DNA of 64,000 bases from positions 930,001 through 994,000 of the forward strand of contig CM074812.1 of assembly GCA_037447605.1 (NCBI GenBank). The letters run 5' to 3'. The DNA comes from Zygnema circumcarinatum SAG 698-1b. Lineage: Eukaryota > Plantae > Zygnematophyceae. Of the stretch, positions 23,453 through 35,768 are shown in pieces. Under the pieces are notes generated by a model, which did no database searches, was not told the DNA's origin, and saw only the letters and a list, made by a program, of their open reading frames with translations. Position numbers and translations under genes: made by a program. Position 1 is the stretch's first letter. Every line of letters begins with the position of its first letter.

Positions 23453-24257
23453 CACAGATCGGACCATTAGACAAACCAGTCGACTGGTTGGCAACCAGTG
23501 GTTGCGGACCGAAACAACCATTCGACTGGTTGCCAACCAGTGGTTGCGGATCGAAACAACCATTCGACTGGTTGCCAACCAGTGGCATCCACTGGTTCCA
23601 AACCAGTCGACTGGTTGCCAACCAGTGGTTGCGGACCGAAACAACCATTCGACTGGTTGCCAACCAGTGGATGCCACTGGTTCGCAACCAGTCGAATGGT
23701 TGCCAACCAGTGGCATCCACTGGTTCCAAACCAGTCGACTGGTTGCCACTGGTTGGAAACCAGTCGACTGGTTGCGAACCAGTGGCGCAGGACTGAAACA
23801 ACCATTCGACTGGTTCGGAACCAGTGATCAAATGGTTGGCAACCATTAAATTGTCGGTGTACGGATCCCCGTATTGTCGATATACTGTAAATATTTTCCG
23901 TATGATTTTCCGGCAATTTTTCCGGCAATTTCTTAAAATTGCCGGAAAATCGTACGGAAAATATTTACAGTATATCGACAATACGGGGATCCGTACACCG
24001 ACAATTTAATGGTTGCCAACCATTTGATTTAATGGATATAACCATTCGACTGGTTGCCAACCAGTGCTGCCGGATCGAAACAACCATTCGACTGGTTGTC
24101 AACCAGTGGCATCCACTGGTTCCGAACCAGTCGACTGGTTGCCAACCAGTGGCATCCACTGGTTCCAAACCAGTCGACTGGTTGCCGACCAGTAGACGTC
24201 CAACCATTGCCATCCAATGGTTGTCCAATGGTTGCCGATCCACTGGTCCGAACTGTG
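23453..24257. mobile_element. Non-autonomous TIR DNA transposon (805 bp, 14-bp TIR, 8-bp TSD; hAT- or P-like)
   Basis: TSD AAGTGATT at 23445-23452 and 24258-24265. TIRs CACAGATCGGACCA / TGGTCCGAACTGTG (13 of 14 match). Internal palindromic repeat arrays and a 94-bp-arm hairpin. Confidence 0.85.
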
Positions 24258-24559
24258 AAGTGATTACAGTCAGCAGTCCTTATATTTTCCACCCTGTACA
24301 GTGCGTCCCCAAGAAATTCGCCCCGATTTTGCCGAAACCACCTTTTTGTACGGTAACTCTGTGTTATCCGTACTACCCGTACTATCCGTACCCCTAAAAC
24401 CCTAGAAACCCTTAAAACCGTACTGGCCGTACTAGCCGTACTACAGTAGCCGTACTACATTAGCCGTACTTGCTGTACTAGCCGTTACGGGCTTCAGCAA
24501 AACTCACCGAATCTTCCCGCACGTGCCGCCGTAAGAGGCGCTCGCTCGTCTTTCCTCCT

Positions 24560-24695
24560 TTTTGGCCCCGATACGATACGATACGATACTGATTGACACA
24601 GTACGATACGGTACGATATGGTGTGGTACGATACGTACGGTCCAACATGAACTCTAACATGAACTCTAACATGAACTCTAACATGAACTCTAACA
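24560..24695. repeat. (GATAC)n and (ATGAACTCTAAC)x4 short tandem repeats
   Basis: Read directly from the sequence. Confidence 0.9.
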
Positions 24696-25019
24696 ATACC
24701 GCCCGTCTATTGGTAACACGAACCTTCTATTTGCAAAAATCAATATTTTCGCCTCATATTTGCCAAAACCATGGCGAAAATATGAGGACTGTTGACTGTA
24801 TTGGCCGTATGGTACGGCCGCCAGGGATGTTCAGGGCGCTGCAAATAAGGGAATGTTCCCTTAATATCGTATAATAAATGGTTTTGAGGGAACATTTGTG
24901 ATTTTTCTACGGGACTTTAAGGGATACGTTGCAAAACACCTCAAAAACACCCCAAAAAAAATCGTGATCCCATCCATAGTCATCATGCCATACTCTCCCC
25001 CCCCCNNNNNNNNNNATCC

Positions 25020-25480
25020 TCGTGCGTTGCCTTTTTATAGAAATGTCTTTGAACCTTTTTTATGTGAAGTGAACTGAATCTGAAACTGATTGAACACATA
25101 AGCTTAACGGGTACTTGATATACCCCATTTTCTGCGCATTCGATCCAATGAAACGTGCAACCAATCAGGTCGCGCGACGTGGCAACGTCAGGCTTGCGGC
25201 AACTATACCCCATTTTCTATAAATTCATCTTTGACAACCTAATCGAATACGTACGTCACATAAAATATTCAAACCGAACGCTGTTGTACGTAGAAAACGA
25301 CACTTGGCAATGACTGTGTGGTTACGCGATATACCCCATTTTCTGCGCATTCGATCTAACGAAAAGCACAACAAATCTGCACGCGCGATGTTGCAACGTC
25401 AGACTCTTGGCAACTATACCCCATTCAGCATATTATCGCTTTTGATTGGAAACTACCTGCGCGCTACGTGTCATATCTAT
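25020..25480. repeat. Dispersed repeat family with tandem units (ATACCCCATTTTCT...CATTCGATC...ACGTGGCAACGTCAGACT); second cluster at about 40500-40960
   Basis: Two diverged units here and two at about 40590-40930, in the same orientation. Confidence 0.75.
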
Positions 25481-26980
25481 CCTTTAAACGACTCGATATA
25501 TCTCCACTGTCAACACGGGCTTTAGCCGCTCGCCACGTGGCCAAAGGACTACTTCTACGTGTGCTCACCAAGAGACAAAGACTGTCTGTCTGTCTGTCGG
25601 TCCACGCCCAGACCGAATTTTTGAGGAACCTACGACAACAGCTAAAGACCGTACAGCGTACAATTCTAGGCTATACCCCTATTGTACCCAACACATACTC
25701 CGGTACAAACATGCCGTTCCAGCATTGCTAACCGACAATCACAATCACGCGATTACGAAAACCGAAAAATTACCGTTTCGGGCGTTGTCAACCGAACCAT
25801 TCCAAATCTTGCAATTAGGTGGATCGGACTGCCGCGCGACCGACATACTAGGACCGCGCGCGTACGGACGCGCCCCGCCTTTTGGCGCGTTTTGCCATCG
25901 CACCCGCTTCCTTCCATAGTTCACCATTCTCACATAACCATGCGAGACTTGTTGAAGCAGGGGTTTGCTCCCCACTTCCGGCGCCACCTTGGGTGTCGCC
26001 CTCCATTGGAACTTGAGTTCCCACGGATGAAGACATTCAAACACTCAAAGCTCTATCTTACTTCACTCATTGCCCATAACAACAGAATGAAGCTACAAGA
26101 CAAGCACAGCGGAAATCACAATGAGAGAGTGTTAGGAGAAAGCTCATGGCTCTAAAACTCCTTATAATAAAACTGTCTTCCCACAATGAAGTTCTCCCAC
26201 TACTTCAAGGTCCCTCTCACTCACTACCTCACGACACAAGTGTAGGCAGCCTAGCAGCACGAGCAGGCACAGAATAAGACCCGAGACTATGACAAAGTAG
26301 TGTGGGTGGGTTACTTCCCATAATAAAACTATGCACTATATAATATGGCGTCCGTGACGTGACACACATGTCACGTCGCGTCCGCCATTGCAAACCCATG
26401 CACTGAGTCTGAGTGGGCGCACTCAGGAATAGCAACCGGCTAGCTGCGCAAATGAAACTGCGACGACCTGGATTCTTAATGCGGCTCATTACACTGTCAG
26501 GTACAGTATCGCCAGCGTTTAAGCCAGCGCTCCTTCAGTCTTAAGCCCGCCGACGCACCGACGTACACTTTCGAACTTCAGCGGACCCACATTCGCGAGT
26601 GGTCACGTATGGCGCATTCAGGTTGCGCTGGCTCTTCCAGCCGTTTCCGGCGCCGCAACTGCGCTCAGCGTTCGCGCCAGCGCGCGGTACGCCAATCAAG
26701 TTAGCGCGGCGTCATTGCCGAATCCAGCGGCGGCGCAGAACCAATCAAAGTTAATTAAGATTCTCAGCTATGTATGTTGTGCCAGCGTCAATCGAGCGCC
26801 GCTGCGTACTCAGCGCACTCGCGGCGCACTCACCTGAGTCAGAGCACCGACATTCCTAAATCTAAGAGCACTACGCCTAGCAGATCTCATGTTCTACAAA
26901 CTGAGTACCACAACAAGTTAGTGTGTGCCATACAATGTCTAACTATCATACACTAACACTAACAATCCCCCTCTTGGGAC

Positions 26981-27745
26981 TCAGTTCCTCATGGGCCCTA
27001 GCCCAATCAATCTGCTGTTCACTAGTAGTGTCTCCCCACTGACCCCCTTGGTCAACATGTCTGCAGCCTGCTCTTTTGTTCCTACAAACTTCACCACTAT
27101 CATCCCTTCCTCTACCAACTCTCGCACATAATGATATTGCACCCTAATGTGCTTGGTTCTCTTATGAAACACAGGGTTCTCCATGAGGGCTATAGATGAC
27201 TGGTTGTCCGTAAAAAGAGTCAATGGTGTTTGTGGTTGCTTACATTCATCAAAGAAATGTTGGAACCACATCCCCTCCTTCGCTGCATGGCACGCTCCCA
27301 TGTACTCTCCTTCGGTGCTCGACAGCGCCACCGAATCTTGTAACTTCGAGCTCCATGAGATCGCGCCTCCTCCGTTCAGGAACACAAATCCTGACGTCGA
27401 TCGTGACGTGTCCACATCACCTCCCCAATCAGAGTCGGTGTACCCGATCACTCTGGTTGGCCCCCTTTCAAATCTGAGACCGTAATCCAAGGTCCCTTTC
27501 ACGAATCTGAAAATCCGCTTCACGGCCTCCCAATGTTCAGGACCGGGATTCTCCATGAACCGACTTGCTGAGCTCACGGCTTTTGCCAAGTCAGGACGAG
27601 TACCTATCATTAGATACATTAAACTTTGACGCCGGTCTGCACGGCACTCTACATTCTTGGACCTCCGTATCCGCGCGGCATCATACTCCTCGATAATCGG
27701 ATTTCGTATCTCCATCGGACTCCGAACAAGGACGGTAATCTCCAT
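26981..27745 (-). CDS. Copia RT C-terminus/RNase H fragment
   Basis: SLMYLMIGTRPDLAKAV, GYTDSDWGGD..TSRSTSG, ISWSSKLQDSVALSSTEGEY, KRTKHIRVQYHYVRE, QAADMLTKG. Confidence 0.95.
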   Translation of the reverse strand: MEITVLVRSPMEIRNPIIEEYDAARIRRSKNVECRADRRQSLMYLMIGTRPDLAKAVSSASRFMENPGPEHWEAVKRIFRFVKGTLDYGLRFERGPTRVIGYTDSDWGGDVDTSRSTSGFVFLNGGGAISWSSKLQDSVALSSTEGEYMGACHAAKEGMWFQHFFDECKQPQTPLTLFTDNQSSIALMENPVFHKRTKHIRVQYHYVRELVEEGMIVVKFVGTKEQAADMLTKGVSGETLLVNSRLIGLGPMRN

Positions 27746-29102
27746 TTTGAACCTGGCAAATACATCTGCTACTTCTTCTTGACAAAGAAGAAAACTGCTC
27801 TGCCCTGCCCTTCTTCACCGCATTCCTAGGAGATACTGCGCCTCCCCTAGATCCGACATTTTGAAGTTAGCTTCCAAAAGCTGCTTCAAATCATTGATTC
27901 TCTCCAATGAGAGGCTCACCATTATGAGGTCGTCCACGTAGATCCCAACGTACATGAGATCCGCCTCTTCTCCTTGTCGGTACACGGAATGATCCGTCTC
28001 GAATCGCGCAAATCGCTACTCTCTGGAGTAGGTCACCCAATTTTCTTGATCAATCCCTGGGCGCCCGTTCGGTACCCGTACAAACCTTCATACACGACAT
28101 GAAAGATCCCTTGCAGAACTTTCCCCTTTGGGGTGACCATGCAGACTCCCTCAGCGGATCCCGCAGAAACGCAGCTCTGTGATATCGAGTTGATGCACGT
28201 GTATCCCTCGGCCGCTGGAACCCAGATCAGGGCACGAGGACGCCAACTTCACTACGGGGGCCGGGGCTTGTGTGCCCACGCTGGCCGAGCCTTCGCCACC
28301 AGCCGCTGAGTCGGTCCACATTTCCGTCCCGCCTTCCCGCTTCACCTTGAACACCCATTGCATTGATGGTCCTTCCCCTCTGCCTCAAGTCGCCATGCTG
28401 CCGCTCCACAGCTGTCTGATCTCCGCTGCGACGCCGTCATCCTCGACCCGACCCGTCGTGCGCTTCCTCAAAGGTTTGCGGTTCGGTGATCATAAAACAG
28501 TGGGCAGCTCCCGCGAGGTCCGCTGAGTCTGTAGGCACTCTTTCCTGTACTAGGTTAGTCTGCGAAGGCCTGTAGTGATCAGGCCTCCTCACCAAACGGG
28601 TGCTCCTCCGAGGTCCTTGCGCTCTCCGGCTCCTCATGTTGAAGAAAATCCCCGGGACAAACCCGGGAGGCATGCTCGACAACATAGCCTCTCTCTCAGC
28701 CGTCTCCAAATCCTCAGACTCCTGCCCATGCAAAGGTACAGTTTCGGCCGAGTTCTCCTCGTCGGACAGGTGAGTGTGTAGTGGTGCCGTCTCTGTCAAG
28801 GCTCGCGGCTCCCCGCTCTGCGGCTCTCCATGTTCAACTCTGACGCCGCCTCCATGTCGGCGCTGTCTCCAGCCGCTGCCGGAGGCGTGCCACCTCTTTG
28901 AAAGCTGGGACCTGAGAGGCGTCCATGCCTTCTTCGCTGGTCTCCACATCCTCGTACACAATTTCCAAACCTGCCTTTGGGGTGCGGGTCTCACCTAGCC
29001 GAGTCACCGCCTCTTTTTGCCCACTTGTAACGCCTCTCCGAGTCTGCACTTTGTTGCTCCAGGGTTCCAGACCCGGCAGGTGCCGGCGCCCATGTCTGTA
29101 GC

Positions 29103-32100
29103 CGTTAGTGTTAGTGTGCTATAGTTAGACATTGTACGGGTTCACACTAGAAATATGTTGTGGTCTTGAGCGAAACATGAGACCCCGCCAGTAGTGTTCC
29201 TAGGAAATATGGGCCCGGGCCCAAATGTCGGTGGCCCCGTATGTCGGACTGCGACACGTTGCGGATGTTGGCGGAACTGCGCCACACTTACTACGGTCCT
29301 CGCACGATCAGGCTCATGATTGGAGCAGAACGAGCTACAAGTCGATGGCGACAGCAGATGGTTCGTGAAATGCCACGACGCAGATTCGCCGTGGACCTGT
29401 GCGATGTGTACGGTGCGCGCCAAAATGAAGATGCGCGGGCGCGAACGTGACGGCATGGGCGCGGAAGTTCCGGCGCTGGCCAATCCATCGACAAGTTCAG
29501 ACGGCGCGGAGCTTATGGGACGACCTGACTAGGTCGGTGCTGGCGTAGGTTTACGAAAGACCGCAAAGCTGGATGTTGAACGCGTACCCGGCTGCTGAAC
29601 GCATGAGGACGGCCGTGACGTGACATTGGTCAACAAGGAAGATGTCACGTAACACGGCCATGGCGGTATATAGGGTTTAGCTTTGTTATGTAGGATAACC
29701 ACATTAGACTACTGTCGTCCCGTGACTTATTCTGTGCCTGCTAGTGTTGCTGGGCTGACCTGCTTGTGTCGCAAGGTAGTGAGTAAGGGGAGAAGTAGCT
29801 AGTGAGAGGGGGAGAACTTCATGTGGGTGACATTCTTATTATAAAGGAGTTTTAGAGCCGTGAGCTTTCTCCTATACTCTCTCGTGTGTGATTTCCGCTG
29901 TGCTCGTCTCTGCGTTCATTCTGTGAGTTATGGGCTATGAGTGAAGTGAGATAGAGTGAGAGAGAGTGAAGATGTCTTCATCGGTGGGAACCGGGTTTAA
30001 TGGAGGGCGACGCGAGGTGGCAGCGGGGCGTGGCCCGGATCAATGCTCCGACAAGTGGTATCGAGCCAATGGTGGCGGCGAAGGACCGCGTGAAGTTCGG
30101 CATTCAAATTGACGGTCAAGACTACAAAGGGGTGGAGATGGCGGCTGTGGTTCTAACTGCTGCGTGATGAGCAAAGGGAATTTGTTGGGAGTACGTCAAC
30201 GGCACCATCAAGGCACCCCGGTCTTCTGGGAGAGCCTGTGAGGGACTTAGCGGTCGGAACACGAAGTGGCGCCGGATGGAGTGCCAAAAAGGACAACAAA
30301 AGCGCATCACCGGTCGTCATGAGTGTGAGGGAAGTCGCCGTCCATCTTTGTATGATCTCAAGACCTCACATCTTATGTGGAGGTGCTTAGAAAGATGTCT
30401 TATGATGTAAAGGATAGTCGCGATAGTGAATCTTTACCTTGACTTGGGAAGGTAGAAGGTGACCCGGATGAAAGCGGGTAGATATATGAGTAGGAGTTTG
30501 ATACCTTGATGGAGAGGTTCATAGCTCTACGAAACGTTAGAAAGTGACCATAAGATCAGCGATTCTTGAGGGGATTGGCCTCTGGAATTTGTGTATGCTT
30601 GTTGCTTTGGTACGCTTAGGGTGTCCTAACGAACTTCGAAAATGACCCTTGAGCAAGTGGGCGGGAGGATAAGAGAGGGAGGACTACAAATCCCCCTCGA
30701 ACACGAGAACACCGAGGAGAAGGTGCTAGCTGCACTCACGACAAGACGGACGAAGAGGTGCGCGAAGTCGGACGAGGAAGGGGCACTCTGAGGAGGCTAC
30801 GTCTTTGCGTGTGGCAAGGCCCGGCCTTACTGAAGCGAGGCTGCTCACAAAGAGCAAGAGTCCCCCAGATGGGGAGGAGGAGGCTGGCGCGGCCGTTAAA
30901 ACCCAGAAAGAAGAAGAAAGGAAACTGAGGGGATGCGCTTCAAGTCTCTGCGAAGCGAGGTCACAAGAGCACCCGAATCACGAGGAGGAGGGTCGAATGA
31001 GACCAATGCGATGATGGGTAGGCGAAGGTTGACTTTGTTGGGAAGATCGAGGTTGGGATGCGAGCGGCCACAGTTGTCGGTCCGGTGACACCGGCGCACA
31101 TGTGTGGCTGACAACCGAGATGTTACTCCACGTTGGGCGCGGCCCGGAAGACTCGATATTTCACTTTCGGCAGCAGGAGAGGAGTGGCAGTCACGAAGGG
31201 GTGGAGTAGTCAAGATGATTACCGAGCGGCTCACGTAAATACGAAGAAGAGAGGAGGAAGCGTTTGTGTATCGGTGATATCTTTCACTTTACCCAATTTT
31301 ATATGAAACTTCGTAATACATTAGCGAGGTGTGTAAATGATGCAGATCATTCAAAGAGAAGTCTTACAGCGTGGCCTAACTACGCGCGATGTGGGGAAGC
31401 GTTGTTTGAGGTATGAAGGGAGCTGTATTATCTTCATTATAGAAGGGCCGAGAGGATGAAGATGTGATGAAACGTGAGTTTGGCTACTACATAAATCTAC
31501 GGCATAAACTGGAGCTTGGGCGTCATAACCATCGGGGTTTGCTTGACTTACTAACGCTAAAGTACAGTCCGTGGGGTTAGGCGTAGATGTCGTGGAAGAG
31601 GCTAAACTTTTCTTGAGGAGTGTGTGGCGAGGGAAAGCGCGCCGAAACCATTGAGGAGGGAGGCCCGAGAGGAAGGCGTACCATGCTGAGGAGAAGCTGA
31701 GTTGGTTCACACACCGACAGCGGCCGTGACACGGCAACGAGTGGAGAACTCGGTACTTCATCGCTTTTACCGGCGATTTTTTTCGAGGAAAATTTGGTGA
31801 AATTCTCAAACGAGTCACGAGAACTTTTCGGGCCACATGAGGAAGTTGGCGGGAACTCAGATGGGCGAAGGCCCGGACTGGCTGAAGACTCTGGCGCTCT
31901 GGAACCCAGCGGGAGGGAAGTTCAAGTCCGAGGAGAATTGCGGCCAGGCTACCTCCAGACTCGTGGAGTGGAGGCATAGATGCACTCCCTGCTCCCCTCA
32001 AAGTAATGGAGCTGCTGAAAGGGTAAATAGGACGTTGGGGGACATGGCGCGGACCATGCTTATAGATTCCCCCTTCCCGGCTTCTTTCTGGGGAGAGGCG

Positions 32101-34260
32101 GTGATGACCGCAGCTTACCTTAGGAATAGATGCCCATCTTCTGTGCTCAAGGACCAGGTTCCTGAGGAGGTGTGGAGTGGGAGAAAGCCCACGGTTTCCC
32201 ACCTGAAGGCTTTCGGAGCGCGCTGCTGGTCGACAGTGCCGAAGGCGAGACAGAAGAGGAAGTTTGACCCGCGAGCCGTTGAAGGATATGTTACCGACTC
32301 TGACATAGACGGTCAGCGCCCTCTGAGTTTGGAACCAGCGGCGAAGAAGGAAGTCTCTTGAGGCTCGAGGGACATCGCGGTGGATGAGAGAGGGGGTGGT
32401 GTGGCGACTAGGTGAGACCCAACCCCAAAAGGCAGGATTGGAGATTGTGTATGAGGACGTGGAAACCAGCGGAGAAGGCGTTGAAGCCTGGTCCCGGTTT
32501 TAGAGGAGATCGGCCTTGGCCAGGAGGCCTTGAGGGTGACTTCGGGGTAGCTTACCGAGCGGTCGAGGCCGGGAGGCGGGGTCGAGGAACCAGTACCCGC
32601 CAGGGGCGGAGAATCGGCGAGGAGACGGCTCCACTACACACTCTGTCGGATAGGGAAGACTTCGGTCAGCTGTGCCTTTGCACGGACCGGGGAGTCACGG
32701 GGACTTGGAGATGTGGCGAGAGAGGCAGCTGATATGAGGGGCAAGGATGCCTCGGGGATTTGTTCCGAATTTTCTTCAACTCGAGGTGGGAGAGCCTTGA
32801 GGACGCCGGAGGAGCCCCGTGTAGTGAGGAAGGCACGAAGCGATCTGAGGCGTCATGATTAATACGTCACGAGGAGAGAGTGCCTACGGACTCTGTAGCG
32901 ACCTCGCGGGGATTCTTCCGGCTGCTTCATGATTACCCGAGCGCAAACCGAGGCTAGCGATGGGGTGATGGGCGAAGTGGCGGCGGCCCGATCGATGGCG
33001 AGTGGAATAGTGCGATAGAAGCGGGGCGTGATGGCGGCCCAGGAAGGCTACTTAGAAGGAAGGAGAGCGTTGGATGCAAGTGGGTGGTGGCGGAAGGCGG
33101 GGCCGGGGAGTGTCGGTAGCAGATTCTGAGCTGGCGGTGAAGGGCCTACGGCCGGAAGTACGGAATCGACTACCACGGAGACTTTAAGCCCGGTGGTGGT
33201 TGCTCCTCAGGTGCCCTAATCACCGATCGCGGTGGCGAGGGGATCATTAATCCACGTCAGTTAGATATCATCAGACCACAGCGTTTACGTCGCGAGGAGA
33301 TCTGCATTTGAGGAGATCTATGGAGCAGCCCGAAGGGAAAGTTGTCTGAGGCGAGGAGGCGTCTCGTCTGTCGCCCTGGTAGAGGTACACATGCGGATTT
33401 GAAGCGGAGCACCGGGGATGCAGTGCGAGAAGATTGACGATCTTACGAGGAAGCGGCGGATTTAGCGGCGCTTTTGAGGCGGATCATTAAAGATCTACCG
33501 ACAGGAGGAGGAGATCTCATATCACGTTGGGATCTCGTGGATGACCTCATTATGGTGAGTCTACCGGCTGGGAAAGTCGATGATGCGAAGAAGCTTTGAA
33601 GCTAACTTCAAATGTCGGATCTAGGGAGGCCTTGATATCTCACGAGGATCTGGTGAAGAGGCGGGGCGAATGCATTTCCTAAGTCGAGGAAAAATGCGCG
33701 CCAGCGGATATGCTTTGAGATTGATATGGAGGAGTGCGGGGCCGATGCGCGATCAGATAGAAGATATTTGCTTGAAGATTGTGTCGAAAGATATGGAGCC
33801 CGCGACGGACGCGGAGGTACAGCGCATGTACGGAGTGCCGTACAGATCTGCTATCGGAAGTTTAATGTACCTAATGATTGGTACCCGACCGGACTTGGCG
33901 AAGGCTGTGAGCGCCGCAAGTCGGTTCATGGAGAATCCCGGCCCTGAGCATTGGGAGGCCGTAAAGCGAATCTTTCGGTTCGAACGGGGGACCGTGGAGT
34001 ACGGACTTCGTTACGAGAGAGGGCCAAACAGAGTGATCGGATACACCGACTCTGACTGGGGAGGTGACGTGGACACATCGCGATCGACCTCCGGATTTGT
34101 TTACCTGAACGCAGGTGGAGCGATCTCATGGAGCTCGAAGCTACAGGATTCGGTTGCGTTGTCTAGCACCGAAGGCGAGTACATGGGAGCATGTCACGCA
34201 GCGAAGGAGGGAGTTTGGTTCCAACATTTCTTTGATGAGTGTAAGAGGCCACAACGTCCC
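29103..34260 (+). mobile_element. Second Copia of the same family, nested in inverted orientation (5' LTR about 29103-30053, PBS 30056, frameshifted gag-pol, truncated by the gap)
   Basis: LTR homologous to 25950-26964 in reverse; PBS TGGTATCGAGCC; integrase 31837-32361 (PQSNGAAERVNRTL, FWGEAVMTAAYLRNR); RT/RNase H 33670-34260 (YRSAIGSLMYLMIGTRPDLA). Confidence 0.85.
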
Positions 34261-34533
34261 NNNNNNNNNNGTCCGTACTTCGCGAATCCGCGGCCGCGCC
34301 TCGACCAATCAAAGTTGCGCGTCCGTTCTCCGCGCACATGTGTTAGCGCCGCGTCCAATCAGCGCCGCTCGTTTGTACTCCGCGCACTCGCGGCGCACTC
34401 ACCTGAGTCAGAGCACCGACATTCCTAAATCTAAGAGCACTACGCCTAGCAGATCTCATGTTCTACAAATTGAGTACCACAACAAGTTAGTGTGTGCCAT
34501 ACAATGTCTAACTATCATACACTAACACTAACA

Positions 34534-35768
34534 AGACTTGTCAAAACGGCCTGTGGACGGATCGTTTCGGACCAAACAGCAGTCTTATATGACAATTTCC
34601 TTTTAAAACGTAAACAAATAGTCTCTAACTCGTTACGGACACGCGGTAACTTTAATACTGTTGTATTTACCATAGACGGGACATTCACAATACTGCCTTT
34701 TAGACCAATTTGACCTATTCGTTTTACTTTCAAATCTCGTATAACCATGAACGGTATCCTAGGGGAAATTAATCGTTCTTCTACAGTATTTAAATCAAGT
34801 AACACTGATGGCTTATCATGAAACTGAATGTTTTGACGTGCAAGAAGAGGTATTCTTTTTTGGCTAGCACTTTTGAAACACCTCATACACATCAGATAAT
34901 CATATTTATGACATAAATCTTCGACACAGTATTTATGAATATCGTCGGTATACAGTTGAACATCTTTCATATATCGTTTAAAAAACAATTGAGTGCAACA
35001 AACACATACAGATGTTGGACCTTCACGTATGCTTAAATGGAATTTATGTTTTACTACATAAAATGATGATGGAAAATTCTTCTTCATAAAGTCATTGCAA
35101 ATATCAGTAAGAAAAGTCAAATCCATCCCACACACCATTGTAAATATCTCATCACTCCTATAATTTAAACCATAACTACTATCAAAACTCAATTTTTTCA
35201 TAAAAAAGTCACGACAAACTTTCACTATTTCAATATTATCAGCTTCCTTTATTTTCACATACACAAATCGACCTTGAAGACATATGACAAACAACGACGT
35301 CCAGTTATCGTCACATTCATATACACCTAAATCTTTTACAGTAGAGAAATCACCATCATGAATAGTTAACAAACCGTACTTAAATAACATTTTATCAACA
35401 CAAACATTAACATCAATTATGTCAAAATCTGATACAACAGTCATATAGTCAAAATTTCGTCGCTCTCTTGATGTACATCCAATTTTACACAAACTGTAAT
35501 CATATGCGTATGCAGCATGACAACAACATGAGAAAAGACCAAGACATAAATCCCATATTCTGCCAATTGTTAATACTGTCTGCCATTCATTACAGTTTAT
35601 CCGCTTTATACCAATAAAATTTGGTTTCTCAAGTTCGCAATTCCTATAGTCCATGAACGTAATACCATCTCTTTCGGCACGACAACCAACATGCAATGAA
35701 ACACACACACAATGATAATTACTTTTGCGCCGTCGTCGCTTTAACCTTCGTAAACTATGTTCTGACAT
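34534..35768 (-). pseudogene. Helitron-type ORF with a DUF6570-like domain, split by the Copia insertion; continues at 25944-25848
   Basis: CVCCxxLFF...CxxC, LLDLNTVEERLISPRIPFM, GQIGLKGSIVNVP, LPR, FKRKLSYK, IRPQAVLTSL|AWLCENGELW. These match the recalled N-terminal domain of Helitron/Helentron RepHel proteins. AT-rich and intronless. Confidence 0.7.

Larger units (their letters stand above)
25950..34533 (-). mobile_element. Ty1/Copia LTR retrotransposon; 3' LTR 25950-26964, partial 5' LTR 34271-34533, TSD AGACT
   Basis: TG...CA LTR ends; near-identical LTR terminus (...CTAACACTAACA) at 26964 and 34533; PPT at 26965-26975; TSD AGACT at 25945-25949 and 34534-34538. The rest of the element is presumably hidden in the gap at 34261-34270. 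Confidence 0.85.

Noticed and set aside
24298-24330. TA-CAGTGCGTCCCC as a Tc1/mariner TIR
   Set aside because: No matching inverted copy was found in the window.
23266-24397. Overlapping repetitive ORFs on both strands, and a CRISPR-like appearance
   Set aside because: Palindromic tandem units with no unique spacers and no cas genes, in a eukaryotic context; explained by the TIR/TSD-bounded element.
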